From Mantamonas sphyraenae STR306 (taxonomy: Eukaryota; Protista; CRuMs): a DNA stretch of 64,000 nt. Each line of letters begins with the position of its first letter. The stretch's first letter is position 1. The DNA lies in the NCBI GenBank assembly GCA_026936335.1, contig JAPMXV010000061.1, positions 62,001 through 126,000 of the forward strand, given 5' to 3'. The translations under genes and the position numbers were made by a program. Shown here one piece after another: positions 41,186-51,962 of this stretch. The notes below the pieces were generated by a model that saw only the letters and a program-made list of their open reading frames with translations, was not told the origin of the DNA and did not search any database.

Positions 41186-42475
41186 ATGAGTTCATCCATC
41201 CTCAACTTTTTCCGCAAGAACAAGGTGGGAGCGGAGCCCCTGATCAAAGTGGCAGGGGTCACGGACGGGGCAAGCAAGACGACGTGCGATTCCGTTTGGG
41301 CAACGCTGGGCGACTTGGGCGTAGATGTGGTGGAACTGGTTGCCATGGAGGGAGGCATGGACGAGGTGGACATCATTGTGGAGTTGGGAACGGTGGATGC
41401 AGTGGACGACGCCGTAGAGGCGCTGGGCAAGCTGGACGTAGGCACGGTCACAGGACCAGCCGCAGTGCCGGAAAACTGGAGCTATCGGACGCCAAAGATG
41501 CGCATTAGCAGTGGGTATGTGTACGACGCGGAGGAGAAGAGTTGGAGGAGCAGGCGACACAGTGACGCGGTGCTGGATGGGGAGAAGGAGGAGAACGCGG
41601 ACGGCAGGCTGCAGACAATCACGTACAACGTGTGGTTTGCCATGGAATCGTTCCAGATGCGCGTGGAGGCATTGTTGGGGTTTGTAGAAGAGCATCGACC
41701 GGATGTGGTGTGTTTTCAGGAGGTGTTGCGGGAGTTCATTGCGCTGGCGAAGGAGAACGATGTCGTGCGAGACCTGTATGCGATCTCGGACGTGGACGGA
41801 CGCACACTGAACCGATACGGCAACATGATCATGGTGAAGCGCACGCACGAACTGCATGCGTTCCAATGGGCGCGGTTTCCGAGCAATCAAGGACGGCAGC
41901 TGGTGCTGGCGGAGATGGGGTGGCCCCAGGGTTCGCAGAAACGGCTCCATGTGGGTACAGTGCACCTGGAGTCGCTGTCGGGCAACGAAAAGTACAGGCA
42001 AACACAGCTGGGGATCAGCAGGGAGGTGTTTGCACGTCGACGGGAGGCAGTAGAGGCACAGGGGGGCGAGGTGGTGTGTGAGTTGCTCATGGGCGATTTC
42101 AACCTGGACAGCAATTGGGCAGAGAACGCCGTGGTGGCCGACGAGGGCTTTGTGGACAACTGGGACCGATTTGTTGCCAGGGACGACTTTCAGGGCAATC
42201 CCAGGGGCCTGACGCGCAACTACCAGGACAAGAATCCATGCCGCATCGACCGTGTGTGCAACACTGCCGAGACTGCGTCCAAGTTTATGGTGGAGGCAAT
42301 GGAGATCCTGGGTCGGGAGGAGATTGCTCCGGGCGTGTTTCCCAGCGACCACTATGGCTTGCGGTGCGAGTTCATGCCAATGGAGACGAGCGAACAGGAA
42401 AAAGAGGAGGAGGGGGTGGTGGAGGAGGGGGTGGTGGTGGCAGAGGGAGAGGATGGAGAGGAGGGAGAGGTGTAG
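41186..42475 (+). CDS. TDP2-like EEP phosphodiesterase with N-terminal ACT/ferredoxin-like domain
   Basis: TYNVWF, PDVVCFQEV, YGNMI, S.QGR.L, TVHLES, GDFN, RIDRV and PSDHYGL are EEP catalytic motifs of the TDP2 type. Confidence 0.85.
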   Translation: MSSSILNFFRKNKVGAEPLIKVAGVTDGASKTTCDSVWATLGDLGVDVVELVAMEGGMDEVDIIVELGTVDAVDDAVEALGKLDVGTVTGPAAVPENWSYRTPKMRISSGYVYDAEEKSWRSRRHSDAVLDGEKEENADGRLQTITYNVWFAMESFQMRVEALLGFVEEHRPDVVCFQEVLREFIALAKENDVVRDLYAISDVDGRTLNRYGNMIMVKRTHELHAFQWARFPSNQGRQLVLAEMGWPQGSQKRLHVGTVHLESLSGNEKYRQTQLGISREVFARRREAVEAQGGEVVCELLMGDFNLDSNWAENAVVADEGFVDNWDRFVARDDFQGNPRGLTRNYQDKNPCRIDRVCNTAETASKFMVEAMEILGREEIAPGVFPSDHYGLRCEFMPMETSEQEKEEEGVVEEGVVVAEGEDGEEGEV

Positions 42476-42506
42476 CGGGTGCTGAACCACCGCGAAGGCT
42501 GCCGAC

Positions 42507-45500
42507 ATGAGCAAATCGAACTATTCCAACTCGTTCTTTGCGCTAATCAAGGCGATCGGCGAGGCACGAAGCAAGCAGGAAGAGGTAGGCGACATGAAGC
42601 AAACGCGGGGTGGAGGGGGGGGGAGCGGTGTGTGGAATGAAGACTTGTGGACGGAACAAACCGGGTGCGTGCGGCCATGCATATGGGCAACGGAGATTGA
42701 CACAGGTGCACCGGGCATACACTACAGGACCGCATTGTGCAAAAGGAGGCTGCTGTGCTGAAGGCCAAGCTGTCGTCCGGCAAGAGCGACCTCAGCAAGG
42801 CGGAGGTGCTCGTTCGGCTGCTGTACTGCTCGATGCTGGGCCAGGACGTGGAATTCGCATACATCAACGCAGTCAACATTGCGCAAGAGAGCTCATTGGC
42901 GGAGAAGCGCGTGGGTAGGTTTGCACAGGTGGCCTGGAGCAGGCAGCGGAGGGCGGCGAAGCTTTGCGGAAGAGGGGAAAACGGGGTTCGATGCTGACGC
43001 ACAAAGGCACCGGCACACACGGAACACAGGATACCTGACATGCTCGCTGCTGCTGCACGAGAACCACGAGTTTATCTTTCTGCTGATCAACACCATCCAG
43101 AGGGTAGGTTGCACAGGGAAAGGTGGACGGCGTAGCATCAGCAGCAGGCAGAAGGGAGCAACTCACGTTGGGACACAACACGCGCTCGCAGGACCTGAAA
43201 AGCACAAACCATCACAAGCAGATTGCGGCGCTGATTGCAGTAGCCAAGCTCATTGGCGAGGAGATGATCCCTGCGGTGCTGCCGCTGGTAGTGGATCTGC
43301 TGGAGCATAGCAAGTGAGTTGCAAAACGCAGGGCGCGAGAGAATGACGCCGCCGCCGACGATTTCCCCTCTTCCGAAAGATGAACACCGAAGCTGACTCG
43401 CAGTGCGTGTGGATACGGCGGCTGGGTTGGCTTGGGAACGTACGTGACGACTGCACACTGACCATACGCAGGGCCTCTGTGCGTCGCAAGGCTGTTGCAG
43501 CAATGCATCGTATGTACACGCGTTCGCCGGACGCGGTGGCGGAGTACGGAGATGCGTTCCGCCGTGCGCTGTGCGACAGGGATCCGTCGGTGATGGCGGC
43601 CAGCCTGTGCATCTTCCACGAGATTGCACTGAGCGACCCCATGGAGTGCAAGGATCTGGTGCCGAGCTTTGTGTCGATTCTGAAGCAGGTGGCCGAACAC
43701 AGGCTTTCCCGAGACTACGAGTACCACCGCGTGCCTGCGCCGTGGATTCAGATCAAACTGCTCAAGTTGCTCTCCATTCTGGGCAAGGACGACCAAAAGA
43801 CGTCCGAGGGCATGTACCAGGTGCTGAACGACGTGATCAAGGCCGCAGACACGGGGATCAACGCAGGCTACGCCATCATCTACGAGTGCGTGCGCACCAT
43901 CTGCAACATCTACCCGAACAAGGACCTGATTGAGACGGCCGCCAACAGCATCACGCGGCTGATCACCTCGGACATCCACAACCACAAGTATTTGGGCATC
44001 ACCGGCCTGGCGTCCATTGTGCACGTCAACCCCAAGTACGCGCAGCAGCACCAGATGGTGGTCATCGACGCCCTGGAGGATCCCGACGACACCCTGAAAC
44101 GCAAGACGCTGGACCTGCTGTACAAAATGGTCACCAAGGCCAACGTGACTGTCATTGTGGACAAGAAGATCGAGTACCTTCGCACCACGGTTGACACCTA
44201 TCTGCGCACAGAGCTGGTGTCACGCATCACCCATCTGGCCGAACGGTACGCCCCCGATACGGCGTGGTTCATCGAGACCATGAACACCGTGTTTGAACTG
44301 GGCGGCGATCTGGTGCGGCCCGAGGTGGCACACAATCTCCTGCGCCTGCTGGCCGAGGGTGCCGGTGGCGACGAAGAGCAGGACAACGAACTGCGCGCCT
44401 TTGCCGTCGACTCATACATGGATCTGCTCGAGAAGAGCGTGCTGCCCGAGATTCTCATCCAAGTCATCTGCTGGGTGGTGGGCGAGTACTCGTACCTTGG
44501 CAGCCACGAACCCGAACAGGTGGTGTCGGCCATGTGTGAGCTGGTATCGCGTCCCTACGAAAACCAAGAGCCGCGTTGCTGGGGTATCACAGCCCTGATG
44601 AAGATCTGCTCGCAAAACTCGTTCTACTACCCGGAAGTCAAGGATCTGGTGACCAAGTACAAGAACAGCTCGTCGGTGGATCTGCAGCAGCGTTGCTACG
44701 AGCTGGAGATGGTGATGCAGGACGTGGCCAACACAGAGGTGATGGACGCCGTCATGCCCATCGACGCCAGCTGTGAAGACCTCGAGGTGGACGAGGGCCT
44801 CTCCTTCCTGGATTGGTACGTGCAGGATGCACTCAACGACGGCGCAGAGCCGTACCTGACGCAGGACGAGCGTCGGGACCTGGACCTGGAGGAAGAGCTG
44901 GGCGGCACGACCGCGTCGCTTCTGTCCATGAACGCAGGGCCGGCGAGTCCGTCTCTGCGCTTTGACGCCTACGAAACACCGCAACGACCCAAGCACACAC
45001 CCAAGTACGACACGACGCTGCCGGAAGCACCGAAACCGACGTTGCACAACTCGGCACACACGGGCTCGACCATTGCGGGCGTTTCGGCGGGCGCCGGAAG
45101 CGCAGGCAGTGCGGGCGGCCTGTCGGGACTCAACACGAGCGGTGTGAAGCGTGTTTGGGGCAAGAAGAAGGAGGAAGAGGAGGAAAGCGGCAATGTGGTG
45201 GACCAGACCCTGTCGCAAATCAACTCGTTCGCAAACCAGACGCAAGGAGGCAACCAGAGCGGCGGTGGAGGCGCCGGCAAACAACAGGGCGAGCTGGAGC
45301 TGGAGTTTGATTCGGACGAAGAGGAGGAAGAGCGTGGCCAGGGCGCAAACAGCGGTGGATCGCGTGCAAACAGCTTTGCCAAGCACGAACCTGCCAAGCC
45401 GGCCAAGACGGCGGAGCAGCTGGAGAAGGAGCGCCTTGCAGCGGGTCTGTTTGCAGGCCTGGGAGGAGGCGGAGGAAGCGACACGGGCAGCGGAGGAGGT

Positions 45501-46814
45501 GGAGGTGGCGAGGAGGGCCGTCGCTTTGCCGGTAGCGGACGACGCGCGGGACGCACGTCGGCAGGATCGCGCCGCGGCGGACGCACGCCTCAGAAGAAGG
45601 CACAGCAGCAGCAGAACCAGCAGAGGTCGTCAACCCAGGACGAAGACCTCATTGGTGGCAGCGATGACCTTTTGGGCGGTCTGGATCTGTCTGGCGGAGG
45701 CGGCAACACGACCAGCAGCAACAACAACAACAACAACAGCAGCGGTGGCTCGGGGTTGGATCTGCTGGGTGGCCTTGGCGGAGGAAGCAACAGCGGAGGC
45801 AACAGCGGGGGCAACTCGGGCATGGACGAACTGGATCTGTTGGGTGGCATGGGCGGAGGCAGCAGCAGCAGCAGCGGCAACAGCAACAACAACAACAACA
45901 GCAAGGTGGATCCGTACAGCGTGTTTGGCACAGGTGACCTGTTGGACCTGGGCGGCAGCGGAGGAACGTCGTCGAGCACAGGCAGCCTGTTTGGCGAGAC
46001 TGCGTCGACGGTGTCTGGTGTGTCGATGCACTCGGGCCTCGGTGGTGTGGGTGGCGGCGGTGGAGGCAACACGATGCCCATGGACGTGGCAAACGAGGTT
46101 GGCGAGGCGCCGCTCAAGTTTGTGCAGGGCGTGCAGCCCGTGAGCAGCAACTCGACCGTGAGTGCTCAGTATAACGCCGCGTACCGCGACGATGCTCTGC
46201 TGCTGCTGGTGTGTGTGCAGAACGTCACGTGGAACGCCCTCAAGGACGTGCGTCTCTCTGTGTCCCTGCCCGACTCGCTGTCGTGCACCGTGCGCGGCAG
46301 CCCCGACGTGTCGTCGAGCACGTCGAGTTCGCTGAGCTGGCACAGTTGTGCTGGCAACAGCTCTGTGTGGGCGGTGATTACGGCCACCTTTGTGTCGCAC
46401 GCCATGAACCACTCCATCAGCTGCTCCGTCAGCTACGGCGGCGGCTCCCTTAGCTTCACCGTGCCTGTGGAGATCCGCGACTTGCTGCGTCCGTTCCCCA
46501 TGCAGGCGAGCGGCTTTGGAGAGCAATGGGGCGCCCACTCGGTTGAACGCCAGGTCACTGTGTCGCCAAGCAGTGTCCAGACGCCCCAGGCCATGCAGAA
46601 GGCCATTGGCGACTCGCTGCAGGTGAATCCCATCCACATCATTCAGGTCGAAGGCATCAGCGCGGGTCAGATCCTCAACACGGGTCGCCTTGTGCTCATC
46701 CACGCAAAGGTTGCTGCCTCGGGCAGGAGCTCCACCGTGTATGTCACCCTGCGCAGCAAGGACAGCACCTTTTGCTCCGCCGTCAGTGGAGCCCTTGAGC
46801 AGGCACTTGCGTGA
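42507..46814 (+). CDS. AP4E1: AP-4 complex subunit epsilon
   Basis: FFALIKAIGEARSKQEEDRIV..., EKRVGYL, DLVPSFVSILKQVAEHRL..YEYHRVPAPWIQIKLL, LRFDAYETP, G/S hinge with DLL motifs and an ear domain; introns 42585-42727, 42915-43029, 43104-43191 and 43314-43471. Confidence 0.95.
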
Positions 46815-46883
46815 GCAAACGCTTGCATCAGCTCAGCAACAAAAACGACCACACGTCGGTCATTGAATCAGAATCAGCGCTCT

Positions 46884-48245
46884 TCATTCCTCGTTCGCCT
46901 TGCCACCCTCGGCTGCCTCTTGCTCAGCACGAAGCTCGCGGCACAGCACCTCCAGGTAGTCCTTTGTCTTGACAAGCTTGGCAATGCGCTTCTGGTCTTC
47001 CGCTGTCTTTTTCTTCATCTGAGCCAGCGCCTCTGCAGCGCGGTCCTTGTCGCGCTTCACATTCTTCAGCTCAGTTTCGCGGCGCTTCAGAAGCTTTCCC
47101 TGCAGTTCCAGTTGCTCCTGGTACTGGCTGGTGATGCTCCCATGGTTCTTCATGCTGTGTGTGTGTTCGTGAGAGTAAGCGCCAGATCTCCCTCTCCCAC
47201 CGCCCCACCTCACACAGCTTACAAGTCTTGGAAGGTCTGCACCTGTTCGCCATACTTGACCATCTCCTGGCGCAGTGCGACTTCGGCCGATTTGCTCTTG
47301 TTGAGCTCCTCCAGGAGCGCTTTGTTGGCCGACACCATCTCCTCGTTGATTTTCCTCTGCTGCTCGAGCTCAATTTGGGCAATCTGCACCTCCAGGCCCT
47401 TGGCTTTGGTGTGCTGCTCAATTTGCTGGTCTCGCATCTCGCTGTGCTCCACAAAAGCCTTGATCTGCTCGCGCATCTTTGTGTTTTCCTCGATCAAGGC
47501 CACCCGTTCGTCCTCGTACTGGCCCTTCATGTCCTCGATACGCTGGCCAAGGTCGGCCAGGGTGCCGTTCAGCTGCTGCTGCAGTGAATCGCTCTGTTCT
47601 GCGTGCACCTTGGCCTGGCGCTCCGACGCCTCTTTCAACTCTGCGTTGTTGGTCTGCAACACCCTGCACAGTCGCTCCAGATTCTCCTTCTGCTTGCCCA
47701 ACAGGTCAAACCGCTCCTGAAGCGACGTCAGCTGCGTGTTCAGATCCGCGTAGCCTCGAGACAGCTGCAAGTTCTGCTGGCGCAGCTTCCATTGCTCGCC
47801 CATCTGCTCCTTCAGAATCGCCCACAGCGCATCTGCCGTCTCGCTTGCCTCACTCGGAGCCTCGTCCACCACGCTCTTTGCTCGTTGCAGCACCTGCTTG
47901 TGCTCGCTCTCTGTTGGCCAACCGCCGCCCAATTCGTGTGAGCGCGCTCTTCTCTTTCGCGCCAAAACCGAGTCGCCCACCGCCACCAGGCGCCGTGACA
48001 CACTGAACAGGCATTGTCATTCCACTGCTGGCTCTCTGCGGCCCCTTTGTGGATTGCGGGATGGGTAGGATGGGTTGGACAAACCTACTCAACCTTGCGT
48101 TTAGTGTCTTGGGGTCCTGCTGCGTGGTGATCTCCGTCATCTTGGCCAGCAGCAGATGCTGCACACCCTCCTTGTTAGAACTCTCGTTCCCCACTTCCTG
48201 TGTGTTGGCCGTGTTCTTGACGTTCTCCAAATCCGTGCTGCTCAT
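46884..48245 (-). CDS. Taxilin-family coiled-coil protein
   Basis: KENLERLCRVLQ..N, ENTKMREQIK, RDQQ...K.LEVQI, Y.E...FQD and LEVLCRELR are taxilin signatures; two introns (~48088-48003, ~47223-47155). Confidence 0.8.
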
Positions 48246-48417
48246 GGTGTTGGTGATGGCTGGTTGCGTGCGCTTGCGTGCGTTCTGCGGTTCTGCCATG
48301 CCACAGGCATCGCAATCGTCTGTACATTTCCACGGGCCAAAGAACCCCACCCCCAAACCTCTCTCTTTAACACATCCTCAATTCCCTGCACCTGTGTGGG
48401 GATCGTCGCGACCCGAA

Positions 48418-49281
48418 TCAGCGACGCAGGGTCGTCCACAGGCTCATCAGAAGACGCAGATGGTCACGGACGCCGTGGCGACCAGAGGAAAGGCCCACAG
48501 AGACACTCTTGAGCCGAAGAAACATGAGCAATCCGAAAAACAGGGCGATGCGTGCGAGCTGTGTGATTGGGAATGTGGGTCAGCGCACGTACAGCATCAC
48601 GCAGCGCACCATGACACCTCTCCATCCGTGGTTTACCTTGCCAATCACAGGGCGCACGTGTTGTGGGACTATGTGCAGTACGACGTTGACGACGACGTCA
48701 ACGAGCGGGTTGCGCGTTCCGGCGGTGGCGGTGACGGCACACAGGCAATCGACGGCAAAGTCCTGCAGCATGGAAAGCTCCATACGTTGTCTCTCACTGG
48801 CCTCCAATTGTCTCTTGTGTGCTGTGAGTTCCTGTTGGTGTGCGTGCAGCTGCTCACCAAGCTCTTTTTGCTGCCTCTTCAACGCCACATCCAGTGTGCG
48901 TGCAGCTCGTCCCTGCTGGTCCACGTCCTCTTTCAACATCTCCACAGACGATTCCAGTGCGCGGATGCGTTTCTTGCCAGCCTCCACCTCCAGCTGGCCC
49001 ACTTCCATCGCTTCCTGCAGCGTCGTTACGTCCTTCCGCAACTTCTTGCTGTTCCATGCATTTACCACACCCGTCATGCTATTCACACAAATCACCTTGG
49101 CGTGCAACTGGCTCCCTCGTCTCAGGCGTCAGAACTCCGTATGCATTGTTTCTCTGGCTCTGAGGGTTGCTGCCAATCAACTCACGTCGTTAATCTCCTC
49201 CTGCCGCTTCACAGCACGCTCCATTTCCTTCCTCCACACCAATGCGTTCTGTTCCCGCTGTTCCAAGACGGTCAGACTCAT
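48418..49281 (-). CDS. Hypothetical coiled-coil protein with C-terminal hydrophobic helices
   Basis: MSLTVLEQREQ..EEIND, intron ~49185-49108, LHAKV..coiled coil..VDVVVNVVLHIV..GK, intron, LARIALFFGLLMFLRL..TLRR stop. Confidence 0.55.
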
Positions 49282-49347
49282 GGCGAATGCACACAAGATG
49301 CCCAAGAGGCGGTGTTTTGTTTTGCCCGAGCGGTCGCTTCCCTTCCC

Positions 49348-49779
49348 CTACGACTCCACTGCACCCCCATCTTCCCGCAGCGAGCCCAACACAACCATCC
49401 ACTTGTCTACAAATGCACGCTGTGCCTCCAGCAGCGCTGTCTTGCGCTCCAGCGCCTGCTCCAGCGCGTTGATCTCCTCCTGCAGCCGTTCTTCCTCCGT
49501 CCCGCTTTTCTTTTCCCGCTGGCTCTCGACAAACACACGAACCTGCTGCATGTGTCTGTGGAACGCTTCTGTGTCGTATCGGATGTCTGTGCAGAGTGCC
49601 ACAACCGCGTCCGCGTGAATGTGTGTGTGTGTGTGAGTGCGCGATTGTGTGTTGATGACCCTTGCTGCAGCTCCCAACCTACCCGCCAGCACCATTTCGG
49701 CCTCCTCATCGCTCTCCTCCAAAACCCTCTGTACCACTTTATACAGGTGCTCGTTTGCCTGTGCCAGATGATGCGACAT
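49348..49779 (-). CDS. Mediator subunit MED28-like
   Basis: Intron 49682-49587; EERLQEEINALEQALERKTALLEAQRAFVDKWMVVL resembles the Med28 C-terminal helix (EL.RK..L......W..VL). Confidence 0.6.
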   Translation of the reverse strand: MSHHLAQANEHLYKVVQRVLEESDEEAEMVLAGRLGAAARVINTQSRTHTHTHIHADAVVALCTDIRYDTEAFHRHMQQVRVFVESQREKKSGTEEERLQEEINALEQALERKTALLEAQRAFVDKWMVVLGSLREDGGAVES

Positions 49780-49963
49780 GCCCCCGACTGCGTGTCCCGC
49801 TCTTCACAAAAGTTTGCACTGCCCCTCGACGCGCAATGACACACAGGCTCACACGCATGCAGTCCCGACAGTCATCCTTTCCGTGCACCTCGTCCCGCTC
49901 GTCCCTGTGTCTTTACAGTGCACGCTTGCACCACCACGTTGATGGATCAACCTCCCTGCATCT

Positions 49964-50671
49964 TTATTCGCTCTCGGCAGTGCCCAACACCTCTTTGATG
50001 CTCGTGCGCATGCTCTCCATGTCTGCCTTGGGGTCGGACGACTTGAAAAGGGCGGATCCACTGACAATGACGTTTGCACCGGCCTGAGCGGCGACTTTGG
50101 TGGTTTCCACATTCAATCCACCGTCGACCTGGATGTTCAACTGCGCATCCATGGCTCGCAGCGTGTTCACCTTGTCCATCATGTCCACCATGAACTTCTG
50201 GCCGCCAAAGCCAGGCTCCACAGTCATCACCAGCACCATATCGACCAGCGGCACAAGCTTCTCCACGCTCGACACGTCTGTGCCGGGCTTCAGAGCAACT
50301 CCCACGCTCACTCCGTGTGCACGCATGTCTGCAATCAGCGCCTCTGCATCCTCCGTGGCCTCCACGTGGAAGGTGATGCTGTTTGCGCCCGCCTTGGCAA
50401 ACGGTTCCACCCACATTTCCGGCTTGCTGACCATCAGGTGCACGTCCAGCGGTACACGCTCCTGCGCCGCCTCCGCCACTGCCTTGAGGATGGACGGGCC
50501 CATGCTCATGTTGGGCACAAAGTGACCATCCATCACGTCGTAGTGCAGCGAGTCTGCACCGGCCTCAATCATGCGCTCCACGTCGCTCGCCAGGTTGCCA
50601 AAGTCGGCTGCCAGCAAGCTCGGCGAAATGTTGGGAGACACCTGCGTGGGACGTTCTGCAATCTTGGACAT
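49964..50671 (-). CDS. RPE: Ribulose-phosphate 3-epimerase
   Basis: SPSLLAADF, LHYDVMDGHFVPN, DVHLMV, TFHVEA, VLVMTVEPGFGGQKF, IQVDGG. Confidence 0.97.
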   Translation of the reverse strand: MSKIAERPTQVSPNISPSLLAADFGNLASDVERMIEAGADSLHYDVMDGHFVPNMSMGPSILKAVAEAAQERVPLDVHLMVSKPEMWVEPFAKAGANSITFHVEATEDAEALIADMRAHGVSVGVALKPGTDVSSVEKLVPLVDMVLVMTVEPGFGGQKFMVDMMDKVNTLRAMDAQLNIQVDGGLNVETTKVAAQAGANVIVSGSALFKSSDPKADMESMRTSIKEVLGTAESE

Positions 50672-50724
50672 TGTGTGTGTGTGTGTGTATGACAAAGGGA
50701 TTTGTTGCCTGGACTCACGAACGC

Positions 50725-51903
50725 TCACCCTTCTTGTTCCATCCACATGACATGCAGATTGGTCAGCGACTGGTCCACTTGGTCAAACAGAACAGTGGGT
50801 GGCCACACCACGTCCAGGCCCACGTCTACCAGGGCTTGGGCTCCATCGTCGGGACCGAGAGTGATGCGTTTGACACCCAGCCCCGCAAGGGTGTCCAGGA
50901 AGAGGGAGTACGTGTCATTGTTTCGCACACGGCCAATCATGATGGCAGGCATGACGTGGAGGGTGCTGCTGGCCTCTGTGTGTTTGCTCAAGCAGGCCTG
51001 GAGGACGTTGGCAATGCACTCGGCCACACCGCTCGCCAAATCGGGACTGTACAACACGTCTGCAAACAGCACCAGATCTGGGTTGAACGCATGCATAATG
51101 CGCTGGTCCACATCACTCTGCATGTCCAAATCCAGGGTGAGGACGCCTGTGCGTCGTTCCCAAAACGCCTCCTTGCCCATCGTCTCTTCACCCTCCTCGT
51201 GTGTCAGCTCCTCAAACGCAACCCCATTGATGCCCAGGTTGTACTTGAGGTTGTCCATGACTCGCACGTACAGGTCGCTGACCAGGAAGGCTGCACACGT
51301 GGGAGTGCCCAGCTTCAGCGCACACGGCGTCATGCCCAGCCCTGCGCCAAGTTCCAGCACCCGCTTGTCTTGAAACAGGCCATGGTTGCACAGCATCCAT
51401 TCCACCAGGCGGAAGCCAGCCTCCCACGTGGTCAGACCCACCTCGTTGAACGAAACATGCTTGCGCACCACAAGCACTTCCTCGTCGTCCTCACCCTCGT
51501 CCTGCAGCCCTTCTGCTCCTGGCAGTGCATAAATGAGATGTGCTGTCTCTGCTTTCGCTTCTTCGTTTCCCTGTGCTGCCGATGTGCTCGCCAGCTGCTC
51601 CATGGCCGCGTCGAGAAGCGTCTCGTTGACTTCGTCGGCCACGTCTTCCACCAGAGTCACCACCCGCTTGAGCAGACGCTGCCAATAGCTGTTTGCAGGC
51701 GGAAACTTGGCCATCAGCGGGTCCTGCAGCACATATTTCACAAACAGGTCCTGCTGGGTGGCCAGCAACTCGCTATACTCCTGGACAATTTCTTTCACAG
51801 GGGCCATCCGACGTACCATGCCACGCACACGCAGCATGCTTGCACACACATCCTCATCTCCCTCCTTCTGCGCCACCTTGTTGGTGCCCTGTTGGCTGCT
51901 CAT
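50725..51903 (-). CDS. EEF2KMT: Protein-lysine methyltransferase EEF2KMT/FAM86-like
   Basis: FAM86-like KFPPANSYWQRLLK; GLTTWEAGFRL, KRVLELGAGLG, SD, ADVLY (METTL21-class motifs). Confidence 0.8.
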   Translation of the reverse strand: MSSQQGTNKVAQKEGDEDVCASMLRVRGMVRRMAPVKEIVQEYSELLATQQDLFVKYVLQDPLMAKFPPANSYWQRLLKRVVTLVEDVADEVNETLLDAAMEQLASTSAAQGNEEAKAETAHLIYALPGAEGLQDEGEDDEEVLVVRKHVSFNEVGLTTWEAGFRLVEWMLCNHGLFQDKRVLELGAGLGMTPCALKLGTPTCAAFLVSDLYVRVMDNLKYNLGINGVAFEELTHEEGEETMGKEAFWERRTGVLTLDLDMQSDVDQRIMHAFNPDLVLFADVLYSPDLASGVAECIANVLQACLSKHTEASSTLHVMPAIMIGRVRNNDTYSLFLDTLAGLGVKRITLGPDDGAQALVDVGLDVVWPPTVLFDQVDQSLTNLHVMWMEQEG

Positions 51904-51962
51904 GCCGTGTGGCCTGGGGGCGCTGGCTCACTTCGCGCAGCTGCGCAGACCAGTGCACGCCA

